NCBI RefSeq assembly: GCF_964244045.1
Contig: NZ_CAXTHK010000004.1
Coordinates: 36,731-100,730, forward strand
Direction: 5' to 3'
Source of the DNA: an uncultured Jatrophihabitans sp.
GTDB taxonomy: Bacteria > Actinomycetota > Actinomycetes > Mycobacteriales > Jatrophihabitantaceae
DNA length: 64,000 nucleotides
Part shown: positions 51,342 through 60,771 of the stretch, piece by piece
How positions within the stretch are numbered: position 1 is the stretch's first letter
Layout of the letters: each line of letters starts with the position of its first letter
Program-made: the position numbers and the translations under genes
The notes under the pieces: generated by a model
Database searches by the model: none
The model's input: the letters and a program-made list of their open reading frames with translations, nothing else
Told to the model about the DNA's origin: nothing

Positions 51342-52415
51342 TCAGTTGTCGACCTCCTGGCCCTTCTTCGAGGGCCCGCGGTACGTGCGGTCGGTGTTGA
51401 ACGGATGCGTGCTCGTGGCGTAGGGGCTCATCCCGGCCGCGGCGAGCGCCTTGGACTGGCGGGCAGGATCGATGGGGCCGATCTTCTGCAAAGCGGCCAG
51501 GTAGGTCGTGTACGTCTGCATCGACACCACGCGGACCTCGAAGTTCATCTGCGAGTGGTAGGTGCCGCACAGCTCAGCACACCGGCCGACGAAGTTGCCC
51601 TTCTTCGTCGCGGTGATCTCGAACTGGTTGTCACGAGTCGTCCCGGTGGTGCCGTACGGAATCACGTCACGCTTGAACAGGAACTCCGGCACCCAGAACG
51701 AGTGGATCACATCTTCGGAGTGCTCGATGAAGCGCACGGTGCGGTTCTCGGGGATGACGAGGACGGGAATCTCGTCCTGTGACCCGACGGTGGACAGGTT
51801 CAGCGGTCCCGCAGCGGCGTTCTGCGCAGTGCCGCTGGCCCCGCAGGAGTACGAGCTGTTGCCCGCTGCCTCGTCGCACCTCTCGGGGGGTACGACGTTG
51901 TCGCGCGCCTTCGTGTTGCCGGCGTTGTCGGCGACGTCCTGCTGGCCCGGGTACACCGTGTTGCGCCTGGTGCCGTCGGCGGCGAGGTAGGACAGGTACT
52001 CGAACTGCCAATTCCACTTGAACGCATCCACCTGGACGATGACGTCGGGATTCTTCGTCAACTTGTTGACGTAGTCCTCGACCACGACGGTGCGGTAGAA
52101 CAGGCCGGCGATGACGATGAACGGGAACGTGAAGCAGACGATCTCGACGGCGAAGTTGTACTTGGTCTGGCGCGGCAGCTCGTCACTCTTCTTGCGATAC
52201 CGCAAGCAGGCCCAGAAGATGAGCCCCCACACCACGACGCCGAGGGCGAGCGCGGTGACGCCCGTCCACGTCCACAGCACGCGCATCCGGGTGGCCTGCT
52301 TGGTGACTCCCGTGGGCCAGCCGAAGCGCAGATTGCGCTCCCACTGCTGCGCCGAACAGCCCGACAACGTCAGGGTCAGCAACGCCAGCAGACCGGCCAC
52401 CCGAACGGTCTTCAT
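51342..52415 (-). CDS. ctaC: Cytochrome c oxidase subunit II
   Basis: Lipobox LSGC, KWNWQF, DVIHSFWVP, CAELCGTYHSQM CuA motif. Confidence 0.94.
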   Translation of the reverse strand: MKTVRVAGLLALLTLTLSGCSAQQWERNLRFGWPTGVTKQATRMRVLWTWTGVTALALGVVVWGLIFWACLRYRKKSDELPRQTKYNFAVEIVCFTFPFIVIAGLFYRTVVVEDYVNKLTKNPDVIVQVDAFKWNWQFEYLSYLAADGTRRNTVYPGQQDVADNAGNTKARDNVVPPERCDEAAGNSSYSCGASGTAQNAAAGPLNLSTVGSQDEIPVLVIPENRTVRFIEHSEDVIHSFWVPEFLFKRDVIPYGTTGTTRDNQFEITATKKGNFVGRCAELCGTYHSQMNFEVRVVSMQTYTTYLAALQKIGPIDPARQSKALAAAGMSPYATSTHPFNTDRTYRGPSKKGQEVDN

Positions 52416-52553
52416 CCGGGCGAGTGGGCGACCCCAAGGCTTACGCGACACCTGTGAACCACCCTTCGTACACCCACGTCCGAGCACTAGGCCGAGGGTA
52501 CTTGACCTCTCCCCGACCACCGGCTCGGGGTGGGCACCGGGATACTGGTCGGC

Positions 52554-54461
52554 GTGTGTGGACTGATCGGTTTCGTATCGGCTGATGGCGCCGCGGCACG
52601 CGCTGTTCCCGGAGTGGAGACGGCGCTGCGCGACATGCGTCACCGCGGCCCCGACGAAGGCGGTGTTTGGCACGACGCCGACGTGGCGATCGGTTTCCGT
52701 CGCCTCGCTTTCATCGACCTCGACCACTCTCACCAGCCGCTGCCCTGGCTCGGCGGCCGGTACCAGTTGATCTTCAACGGCGAGATCTACAACTATCTCG
52801 AGCTGCGTGAGCGGCTCACCCGCGACTTCGGCGCCACGTTCAAGACCGAAGGCGACGGCGAAGCCATCGTGGCCGGTTACCACTACCTCGGCGAGAAGTT
52901 CGTGCGCGAGCTGCGGGGCATGTTCGCCTTCCTCATCTGGGACACCCGCGACAAGGTGCTTTTCGGTGCTCGCGACTGGTTCGGGATCAAGCCGCTGTAC
53001 ACGATGAGCGACGCCCGGGGCACGTTCTTCGCCAGCGAGAAGAAGTCGCTGCTCGACCTGGCCAGCGTCGAGGAGCGGCAGGCGGTCGATCACACCGCGG
53101 TGCAGCACTACCTCACCCTGCAATACGTCCCGGAACCGGCGTCCATGCACACCGCGATCCGCCGCGTCGAGTCCGGCACGCACTTCACCCTGCGACCCGG
53201 CGAACCGATGCGTTCGCACCGCTACTTCCATCCGGACTTCGAGATCCGTGCGGTACCCGAGCCCGACAAGCTCTACCGCCGCATCGCCGAGGCCCTCGAG
53301 GACTCCGTCGAGAAGCACATGCGCGCCGATCCCGACGTCACCGTCGGTTCGTTCCTGTCCGGCGGCATCGATTCAACCGCGGTTGCGGCACTGGCCAAGC
53401 GGCACAAGCCCGACCTGCTCACCTTCACTACCGGTTTCGAGCGAGAAGGCTTCAGCGAGATCGACGTTGCGGCCGAGTCGGCGGCCGCGATCGGCGTCGA
53501 GCACATCACCAAGGTCGTCACGGCCGAGGAGATGATGGAGACGCTGCCGCTGATCGTCTGGTACCTCGACGACCCGGTGGCCGACCCCGCGCTCGTCCCG
53601 CTGTATTTCATCGCCCGCGAGGCCCGCAAACGGGTCAAGGCGGTGCTGTCCGGTGAGGGTGCCGATGAGCTGTTCGGCGGTTACACGATCTACCGGGAGC
53701 CGATCTCGCTACACGGGTTCTCCTACCTCCCGGCGCCGGCCAGACGTGGCCTCGGCAAGCTCTCGACCCGCATCCCCGAGGGCCGGCGCGGCAAGGACCT
53801 GCTGCGCCGCGGCGCGATCGGCATCGAGGAGCGCTACTACGGCAACGCGCGGATCTTTCGGCCCGACGAGATGCAGGGCCTGTTCCCTGGTTACCAGCCC
53901 GACGTCTCCTACATGGACGTCACCGGCCCCCTCTACGACCGCACCACGCACCTGGACGACTCGACACGGATGCAGTACGTCGACCTGTTCACCTGGCTGC
54001 GAGGCGACATCCTGGTCAAGGCCGACAAGATGACGATGGCCAACTCCCTCGAGCTGCGGGTGCCGTTCCTGGACACCGAGGTGTATGCCGTCGCCTCGTC
54101 GATACCCACGGACCTGAAGCTGACCAAGGAGACGACGAAGTACGCGCTGCGCCGCGCCCTCGAGCTGATCGTCCCGGCGCACGTGATCAACCGACCGAAG
54201 CTCGGTTTCCCGGTGCCGATCCGGCATTGGCTCAAGGACGTCATGTACGAGTGGGCACGCGCGATCATCACCGACTCGCAGGCCGACGAGCTCGTCGACC
54301 GCGACGCCGCACTCCGCCTGCTCGAGGCCCATCGCGAGGGCCCGCACGACTACTCACGCAAGATCTGGACGCTGCTCGTGTTGTTGATCTGGCACGGGAT
54401 CTTCGTGGAGGGACGCATTGTGATCACGCCGCCCGAGCCGGTGTACCCGGTGCGTCTGTAG
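52554..54461 (+). CDS. asnB: Asparagine synthase-family glutamine amidotransferase (AsnB/LtsA)
   Basis: N-terminal CG, HRGPD, FNGEIYNY, LSGGIDS, LSGEGADELFGGY, DKMTMANSLELRVPFLD. Confidence 0.93.
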   Translation: MCGLIGFVSADGAAARAVPGVETALRDMRHRGPDEGGVWHDADVAIGFRRLAFIDLDHSHQPLPWLGGRYQLIFNGEIYNYLELRERLTRDFGATFKTEGDGEAIVAGYHYLGEKFVRELRGMFAFLIWDTRDKVLFGARDWFGIKPLYTMSDARGTFFASEKKSLLDLASVEERQAVDHTAVQHYLTLQYVPEPASMHTAIRRVESGTHFTLRPGEPMRSHRYFHPDFEIRAVPEPDKLYRRIAEALEDSVEKHMRADPDVTVGSFLSGGIDSTAVAALAKRHKPDLLTFTTGFEREGFSEIDVAAESAAAIGVEHITKVVTAEEMMETLPLIVWYLDDPVADPALVPLYFIAREARKRVKAVLSGEGADELFGGYTIYREPISLHGFSYLPAPARRGLGKLSTRIPEGRRGKDLLRRGAIGIEERYYGNARIFRPDEMQGLFPGYQPDVSYMDVTGPLYDRTTHLDDSTRMQYVDLFTWLRGDILVKADKMTMANSLELRVPFLDTEVYAVASSIPTDLKLTKETTKYALRRALELIVPAHVINRPKLGFPVPIRHWLKDVMYEWARAIITDSQADELVDRDAALRLLEAHREGPHDYSRKIWTLLVLLIWHGIFVEGRIVITPPEPVYPVRL

Positions 54462-54464
54462 TCG

Positions 54465-54965
54465 CTACTCCCCCGTGTCCCCGGTGGTCAGTTCGACGAC
54501 GACGTCGAGCTGGCCCAGATGGCGGGCGTACTCCTGCAGGACGTGCAGGAGCACCCGCTCGAGCGTTGCTGGTGCGCCGCCGTCCCAGCGCGGCCCGGGG
54601 GCGCCGATGTCGTGCAGGTGCGCTGCCGTCACGATGTCGCGCGTGCGCTCACCCTGACTGAGCAGAGCAGCGAGCACACCATCACCTGACATGCCGATCG
54701 GGACGACCCACTGTCCGTCCGGGGCGTCACCCCACGGGTCATCGACCGGCTCGCCGACGAAGCCCCAGACCAGCCAGCGCCGCTCCATGTAGCGCAGATG
54801 GACGGCCAGCTGCAGCGGCGTCCAACCGGACGGCAGCACGCTGGCGACCTGCGCGTGAGCCGGCAGGGAGCGGATCTTCTCGGTCACGCACCCGCGGAAG
54901 TAGTCGAGGTAGCGCAGGAGCACGTCGGCCCGATCGCCGGGCACGGTGGGCTCGGGGAAGTCCAT
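54465..54965 (-). CDS. DinB/DUF664 family protein
   Basis: SGWTPLQLAVHLRYMERRW, LHVLQEYARHLGQLD. Confidence 0.85.
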   Translation of the reverse strand: MDFPEPTVPGDRADVLLRYLDYFRGCVTEKIRSLPAHAQVASVLPSGWTPLQLAVHLRYMERRWLVWGFVGEPVDDPWGDAPDGQWVVPIGMSGDGVLAALLSQGERTRDIVTAAHLHDIGAPGPRWDGGAPATLERVLLHVLQEYARHLGQLDVVVELTTGDTGE

Positions 54966-54972
54966 TGCGGCG

Positions 54973-55941
54973 TCAGGCGAGGTGGGGCAGCACCTCGGCC
55001 GCGCAGTCGTCGCCGTAGGACTCAGCCAGGCGGGCGGCGAACTCGTCCTTGACGACGGTGTACTCCTGCGTGCCGAGCGTCTCGAGCACCATGGTCGCCA
55101 GCAGGCTGCCGACCTCGGCCGAACGCTCCCAGGACAGACCCCACTCGCGGGCGGTGAGCAGGCCGCCGCGAAAGGCGTCGCCGACGCCGGTGGGGTCGGC
55201 CTTGCTGCGCTCCTTCGCGACCGGGGTGTGCACGGTGCCGAAATCGCCCACGATCTCGACGCCCCTTGAGCCGAGCGTGGTCACGCGGACGTTCACCTGG
55301 GCGTCGATCTCGGCGGTGCTCAGTCCGGTCTTGGACTCCAGCAGCTCGCGCTCGTAGTCGTTGGTAAACAGCAGATCGGCACCCTCGATCAGCTGCTTGA
55401 GCTGGTCGCCGTCCATCCGGGTGACCTGCTGCGACGGGTCCGCGACGAATCGCAGGTCCTTGTCGCGGCACTCTTCGCTGTGCTTGACCATTGCCGCCGG
55501 GTCGTAGGCGCTGATCACGACGAGGTCGGCGCCGGTGGCGTCCCAGATCGGGCTGATCTCGATCTCGCCCGAGTCGGACATCGCACCTGCGTAGAACGAC
55601 CCGATCTGGTTCATCTCGGTGTCGGTGGTGCACACGAAGCGCGCGGTGTGCTTCGTCGGCGAGACGTAGACGTGCCCGCAGTCCACGCCGTGCGTCTCGA
55701 GGAACTCGCGGTACTCAGCGAAGTCCTCCCCGACAGCGCCGACGAGCACCGGTGAGCCACCGAGCTGCGCCATGGCATAGCAGATGTTCGGCGCCACACC
55801 GCCGCGCTTGATGGTCAGCTCGTCGACGAGGAACGACAAGGACACCTTGTGCAGGTGATCGGCAAGCAGCTGATCGGCGAACCGTCCCGGGAAGTGCATG
55901 AGGTGATCGGACGCGATGGACCCCGCAACAAGAACCGGCAT
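54973..55941 (-). CDS. adoK: Adenosine kinase (PfkB family)
   Basis: GSIASDHLM, SLSFLVDEL, DPTGVGDAFRGG; synteny with Rv2202c. Confidence 0.85.
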   Translation of the reverse strand: MPVLVAGSIASDHLMHFPGRFADQLLADHLHKVSLSFLVDELTIKRGGVAPNICYAMAQLGGSPVLVGAVGEDFAEYREFLETHGVDCGHVYVSPTKHTARFVCTTDTEMNQIGSFYAGAMSDSGEIEISPIWDATGADLVVISAYDPAAMVKHSEECRDKDLRFVADPSQQVTRMDGDQLKQLIEGADLLFTNDYERELLESKTGLSTAEIDAQVNVRVTTLGSRGVEIVGDFGTVHTPVAKERSKADPTGVGDAFRGGLLTAREWGLSWERSAEVGSLLATMVLETLGTQEYTVVKDEFAARLAESYGDDCAAEVLPHLA

Positions 55942-55969
55942 TACCGCACCCTAACCGAGCAGGTGGGAC

Positions 55970-56359
55970 TCAGCCGCAGAAGCTGTTCCCGCACGCGCAG
56001 CCGCCACCGGCGTTGGGGTTATCGATGGTGAAGCCCTGCTGCTCGATGGTGTCGGTGAAGTCGACGGTGGCGCCGCCCAGGTAGGGGGCGCTCATCCGGT
56101 CGACGACGACCGGGACACCGTGCGGCGCGAGCTCGACGTCCCCGTCGAGAACCCGCTCGTCGAAGAACAGCTGGTACTGCATGCCCGAGCAACCACCCGG
56201 CTGCACGGCGATGCGCAGGCGCAGGTCGTCACGGCCCTCGGCCTCGAGCAGGCTGCGGACCTTACCCGCGGCTGCATCGGTGAGAGCGACATCATTTGAC
56301 GCCTCAACTGCGACGTCTGCTGCGGTGCTGAGCTCGACAGTGGTCTCGGTGCTGGTCAT
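55970..56359 (-). CDS. iscA: IscA/ErpA (HesB) Fe-S carrier protein
   Basis: GGCSG, IDNPNAGGGCACGNSF. Confidence 0.9.
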   Translation of the reverse strand: MTSTETTVELSTAADVAVEASNDVALTDAAAGKVRSLLEAEGRDDLRLRIAVQPGGCSGMQYQLFFDERVLDGDVELAPHGVPVVVDRMSAPYLGGATVDFTDTIEQQGFTIDNPNAGGGCACGNSFCG

Positions 56360-56525
56360 ATGACGCTCCTCTAAGAACGCGGGAGGTAGGTGCTGCTCGC
56401 GTATCGCGGTTCTCCTGGCAACCGGCGCGTGCCGATCGTCATTCCCCATCGTAACGAACTCCGGCGCACGTTTCGGGTTACACCGGGCACAGGAGACCCT
56501 AGCGGACCACAGTTAGTCTGTTCGG

Positions 56526-57164
56526 GTGAAGCTTTCCCGCCGTGGCGCCACCGCCCTCACCGTGACCGACACCGACGTCGAGCAGGACACCGCCGGGATC
56601 GACTTCCACAAGCCTGCCAAAGGCCGTCCCACCCCGAAGCGACGTGACGCCCAGGGCCGCAAGGGCCCGGTGACCGCGCCGAAGACCCGTAAAGAGGCCT
56701 ACGCCCGGCAGAAGCAGCTCACAAAGGAGCAACGCGCAGCGCAAAAGGCGGGCACGGCGCCGACGAAGGCCCGCTCGGCCGCCGAGCAGCGGGCGGCGCT
56801 CAAACGCGGCGATCCCGACGCCCTTCCTCGTCGAGACCAGGGCAAGACCCGCAAGCTCGCGCGCGACTACGTCGACTCGACGCGCATGCTCAGCAATTAC
56901 ATGCTTCTGCTGTTCCCGCTGTTCATCCTGACCACGGTCGTGCCGCAGCTGCGCCTGCTCGAACTGGCCGTTATCGTGATCTTCCTGGGCCTGGTCGGCG
57001 AGTGGTTCATCGTGGGTCGCCGGTTGCGGGCCCTGGCGCTCGAACGCTTCGGCGAGGCAGACGGCACCAACATGGGCATCGGCTTCTACATGGGCTCGCG
57101 GGCCTACATGCCGCGTAAGTGGCGCCTGCCCGCCCCACAGGTGCAGCGCGGCGACACGTTCTAG
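56526..57164 (+). CDS. DUF3043 membrane protein (Rv2206-like)
   Basis: KGRPTPKRRDA, RDYVDS, YMPRKWRLPAPQV. Confidence 0.88.
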   Translation: MKLSRRGATALTVTDTDVEQDTAGIDFHKPAKGRPTPKRRDAQGRKGPVTAPKTRKEAYARQKQLTKEQRAAQKAGTAPTKARSAAEQRAALKRGDPDALPRRDQGKTRKLARDYVDSTRMLSNYMLLLFPLFILTTVVPQLRLLELAVIVIFLGLVGEWFIVGRRLRALALERFGEADGTNMGIGFYMGSRAYMPRKWRLPAPQVQRGDTF

Positions 57165-57173
57165 GGTGCTCAC

Positions 57174-58808
57174 ATGATCACGAGCACCATGCAGGACGAT
57201 TTCCAGCTCACGACCACCGCGATCCTGCAGCACGGCGCGCAGGTGTACCCCGACAGCGAGGTCGTCACCTGGACGGGCGGCGGCGCCCGGCGCGCCACGT
57301 TCACCGAGATCGCGGCCAACGCCAATCGCTTCGCCGCCGCGCTCACCGAGCTGGGCGTCCAACCAGGGGACGCCATCGGCACCTTCTGCTGGAACACCGC
57401 CGAGCACGTCGAGGCCTACTACGCCATCCCGGGCATGGGCGCGGTCGTGCACACCCTCAACATCCGGCTCACGGCAGAGCAGGTCGCGCAGATCGTCGAG
57501 CACGCCGGCGACCGGATGATCATCGTCGACGATTCCCTCGTGCCGCTGCTGGCTGCCGTTGCCCCGCAGCTGTCGAGCGTCGAGGCATACATCGTGGTGG
57601 GCCAGGCCGACACCTCAGCCCTCGAAAACCACGCCACAGTCCACCGCTACGCCGACCTGCTGGCGGCGCAGGAGCCGACGTTCGACTGGCCCGACATCGA
57701 CGAGAAGTCGGCCGCGGCCATGTGTTACACCAGCGGCACGACGGGCGACCCGAAGGGCGTCGTCTACTCGCACCGCTCGACGTACCTGCATGCGTTGGCC
57801 ACGCTCGCCGCTGGCGTCACGGGCTTCACCGAGGCCGATCGCATCCTGACCTTTGTGCCGATGTTCCACGTCAATGCATGGGGAATCCCGTTCGGCGCCT
57901 TCCTCGGCGGCTCGACGCTGCACCTGCCGGCGCAGTTCATGACGCCCGATCAGGTATGCGCGTTCATCGCGGCCGAGCGCTCGACGGTCGCCTCGGCGGT
58001 GCCGACCATCTGGGGCGGCATCATGCAGTACGGCCGCGAGCACGAGATCGACCTGTCGTCGCTGCGGATGGGCACCTCCGGCGGCGCTGCGATCCCCCGC
58101 TCGCTGATGGCGGGTTTCGAGCAGACCTACGGCGTGCGCATCATCCAGGGCTGGGGCATGACCGAGACCTCCCCGGTGGCCGGCATGGCCTGGCCGCCGC
58201 CCGAGGTCGAACCAGGCGCTCCCGACGAGCTGGACTGGCGGCTCAAGTCGGGGCGCGTCGTGCCCGGCGTGCAGATGCGCATCGTCTCCGAAGACGGCGA
58301 CGTGCTGCCGTGGGACGGCACAGCGGTCGGCGAGATCGAGGTCCGCGGGCCGTGGATCACCGGCTCGTACCACGCCACCGACGTCCCCGAGAAGTTCGAC
58401 GACGGCTGGCTGCGCACCGGCGACATCGGCACCATCGACCACCGCGGCTTCTTCCTGATCACCGACCGCAGCAAGGACGTGATCAAGTCCGGCGGCGAGT
58501 GGATCTCCTCCGTCGAGCTCGAGAACCTGCTGGCCGCGAGCCCCGACGTCGCCGAGGCGGCGGTCATTGGCATCCCGGACGAGAAGTGGACAGAGCGTCC
58601 GCTCGCGGCCGTCGTGCTGCGCTCGGGCGCCGCCGCCTCCCCCGAACAGCTCGCGCACTTCCTCGACGGCAAGGTCGCGGCGTGGCAGATCCCCGAAAAC
58701 TGGACGTTCATCGACGAGGTGCCCAAGACGACGGTCGGCAAGTTCGACAAGAAGGTGCTGCGCTCGCAGTTCGCCGACGGCGAGCTCAAGGTCGAACGCA
58801 GCCGCTGA
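57174..58808 (+). CDS. Acyl-CoA ligase (FadD14/AlkK-type)
   Basis: CYTSGTTGDPKG, VPMFHVNAWG, QGWGMTETSP, KDVIKSGGEWISS, GKFDKK. Confidence 0.9.
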   Translation: MITSTMQDDFQLTTTAILQHGAQVYPDSEVVTWTGGGARRATFTEIAANANRFAAALTELGVQPGDAIGTFCWNTAEHVEAYYAIPGMGAVVHTLNIRLTAEQVAQIVEHAGDRMIIVDDSLVPLLAAVAPQLSSVEAYIVVGQADTSALENHATVHRYADLLAAQEPTFDWPDIDEKSAAAMCYTSGTTGDPKGVVYSHRSTYLHALATLAAGVTGFTEADRILTFVPMFHVNAWGIPFGAFLGGSTLHLPAQFMTPDQVCAFIAAERSTVASAVPTIWGGIMQYGREHEIDLSSLRMGTSGGAAIPRSLMAGFEQTYGVRIIQGWGMTETSPVAGMAWPPPEVEPGAPDELDWRLKSGRVVPGVQMRIVSEDGDVLPWDGTAVGEIEVRGPWITGSYHATDVPEKFDDGWLRTGDIGTIDHRGFFLITDRSKDVIKSGGEWISSVELENLLAASPDVAEAAVIGIPDEKWTERPLAAVVLRSGAAASPEQLAHFLDGKVAAWQIPENWTFIDEVPKTTVGKFDKKVLRSQFADGELKVERSR

Positions 58809-58825
58809 GCCGGCTCCCCTCTTGC

Positions 58826-58876
58826 TGATCAACAGCGCCGAAACGTCGTCCTACGACGTTTCGGCGCTGTTGATCA
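58826..58876. repeat. 51-bp palindrome, REP-like (copy 2)
   Basis: TGATCAACAGCGCCGAAACGTCGTC-C-TACGACGTTTCGGCGCTGTTGATCA; differs from copy 1 at two central bases. Confidence 0.93.
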
Positions 58877-59530
58877 CGGTTGGGGGTAGCCGTTGAGGTA
58901 GGCCAGCACGGCCAGGACCCGGCGGTTGTCGTCCTCGGACGGCGGTAGGCCGAGCTTGCCGAAGATGCTGTTGGTGTGTTTGCTGACCGCCTTCTCGCTG
59001 ACCGTCATCTTCGCGGCGATGGCAGCGTTCGACCGTCCCTCGGCCATCGCCTCGAGCACCTCACGCTCCCGCGGCGTCAGGGTGGCCAGCGGCTCGTCGC
59101 CGGCCCGGCGGCTCAGCAGCTGGGCAACGACGTCGGGGTCCATGGCCGTGCCGCCGGCGGCCACCTGACGCACCGCGTCGACGAACTGCCGCACGTTGAA
59201 CACCCGGTCCTTGAGCAGGTAACCCACCCCACCCGAGCGATCGGCGAGCAGTTCCCGCGCGTAGAGCTGCTCGACGTATTGCGACAGCACGAGCACCGGC
59301 AACCCGGGCACCTGTCGGCGCGCCTCGATGGCAGCGCGCAACCCCTCGTCGGTGAAGGTCGGCGGCAGGCGTACGTCGACGACCGCGATGTCGGGTCGGT
59401 GGGTGACCAGCGCTCGCAGCAGCGACGGCCCGTTGTCGACGGCCTCGACGACCTCGCAGTCGTTGGCCTCGAGCAGCCGGATCAGCCCGTCGCGGAGGAG
59501 GGCAAGGTCTTCGGCGAGGACGACGCGCAC
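58874..59530 (-). CDS. NarL/LuxR-family response regulator
   Basis: AED, VVDVRLPP, LTPREREVL..GRSNAAIA, NRRVLAVLAYL. Confidence 0.92.
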   Translation of the reverse strand: MRVVLAEDLALLRDGLIRLLEANDCEVVEAVDNGPSLLRALVTHRPDIAVVDVRLPPTFTDEGLRAAIEARRQVPGLPVLVLSQYVEQLYARELLADRSGGVGYLLKDRVFNVRQFVDAVRQVAAGGTAMDPDVVAQLLSRRAGDEPLATLTPREREVLEAMAEGRSNAAIAAKMTVSEKAVSKHTNSIFGKLGLPPSEDDNRRVLAVLAYLNGYPQP

Positions 59531-60633
59531 GGCAGCACCATAGCCACGACGGTCGGACCACCCGGCGGGCTCGACACGGCAAGCGAGCCGTCGAAGGCCG
59601 ACAGCCGACGCTCGATGCCGCGCAAGCCGGTGCCGCAGGCCGGGTCGGCGCCGCCCCGGCCGTCGTCGCGGACCGCCACGCGCAGCGTGTCGCCGGCGTG
59701 CTCCAACGCGATCACCGCGTGCCGGGCGCCGCTGTGTTTGATGACATTGGCCAGCGCCTCGGCAACCGCGAAGTAGGCGGCTGATTCGACCGGAGCGGGC
59801 AGCCGGCCGACGCCGTCGGCGTGGACGTCGGCAGGCAGCGGGCTGGCCAGGGCCAGCGCGTGGACGGCGCCGACCAGCCCGCGGTCGGCCAGCACCGGCG
59901 GGTGGATGCCACGAACGAGGTCGCGCAGCTCGGTCAGCGCTGCGCTGCTGGACGCACGGGCCTCGGCCACGAGGGCAAGCGCCGCCTCGGGGTCGTCGGC
60001 GAACTGGTCCTCGGCCAGCGCGAGGGTCATGCCGACCGAGACCATGCGGGCCTGCGCGCCGTCGTGCAGGTCGCGCTCAATACGTCGCAGCTCTGCCGCC
60101 GACGTGTCGACGGTCTCGGCACGGGACTCGGTGAGTTGCTCGACGCGCAACGCCAACCGGCTCTTCTCCGACGTCGAGAGCAGCGCCCGTCCGACGACGG
60201 CCCGGCCGCGCAGGGCCAGGCCCGGCGGCGCCCACCAGATCAGCAGCAGGTCCAGGACGGCCTCGACGATCCCGACGACCGCGAGAACCAACCCGAGCGT
60301 GCCGTCGGCGAGCAGCCAGTACACGTCGCGGCGGCGCGCCGGGTCGCGGACCAGCAACCGCAACCGGCCCAACCAGCCGGCGCCTGCGACGTGCAGGTAC
60401 GGGGAAGGAATGGGCCCGTGACCGTCGATCATCGGGATGCGACGGCGCTGCAGGTCGGCCAGCGGGCGGATCAACAGCACCGTGCCCAGCACGATCGGAA
60501 TGCCGGCCGACACGACGATCAGCGCCGTTCCGACCGTGATCAGGATGAACAGCGTGAGGCTGACGGCCGCCACCACGACGGCCTCGACGGACCACCTCAG
60601 CAGGGCGATCCGGCGGCGCAGCTGCACTTCCAC
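59482..60633 (-). CDS. Sensor histidine kinase (HisKA_3 type)
   Basis: IERDLHDGAQ, EALANVIKH, DDGRGGA, GLRG; N-terminal TM segments. Confidence 0.9.
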   Translation of the reverse strand: MEVQLRRRIALLRWSVEAVVVAAVSLTLFILITVGTALIVVSAGIPIVLGTVLLIRPLADLQRRRIPMIDGHGPIPSPYLHVAGAGWLGRLRLLVRDPARRRDVYWLLADGTLGLVLAVVGIVEAVLDLLLIWWAPPGLALRGRAVVGRALLSTSEKSRLALRVEQLTESRAETVDTSAAELRRIERDLHDGAQARMVSVGMTLALAEDQFADDPEAALALVAEARASSSAALTELRDLVRGIHPPVLADRGLVGAVHALALASPLPADVHADGVGRLPAPVESAAYFAVAEALANVIKHSGARHAVIALEHAGDTLRVAVRDDGRGGADPACGTGLRGIERRLSAFDGSLAVSSPPGGPTVVAMVLPCASSSPKTLPSSATG

Positions 60634-60666
60634 CCCGCCATCCTGACGCACTCCCGGCCGGCGCGC

Positions 60667-60684
60667 GGTGGAGAAAACTCCACC
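60667..60684. promoter_or_regulatory. 7-4-7 inverted repeat, candidate response regulator operator
   Basis: GGTGGAG-AAAA-CTCCACC between the divergent kinase and MMPL genes. Confidence 0.6.
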
Positions 60685-60771
60685 CTCGATGGGGGTCCAG
60701 GGCCACTGCGCCCGCTCCGGCGAGCCGGAAGCGTCGACGGCACAACGATCCGATGACCGGAAGGCAGCACC

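Noticed and set aside
50900-52415. Missing ctaD between ctaC and ctaF as an anomaly
   Set aside because: The same split arrangement, with asnB next to ctaC, is normal in mycobacteria-like genomes
52416-53318. N-terminal extension of ctaC (658-aa ORF)
   Set aside because: Antisense to asnB; the signal peptide and lipobox place the start at 52415
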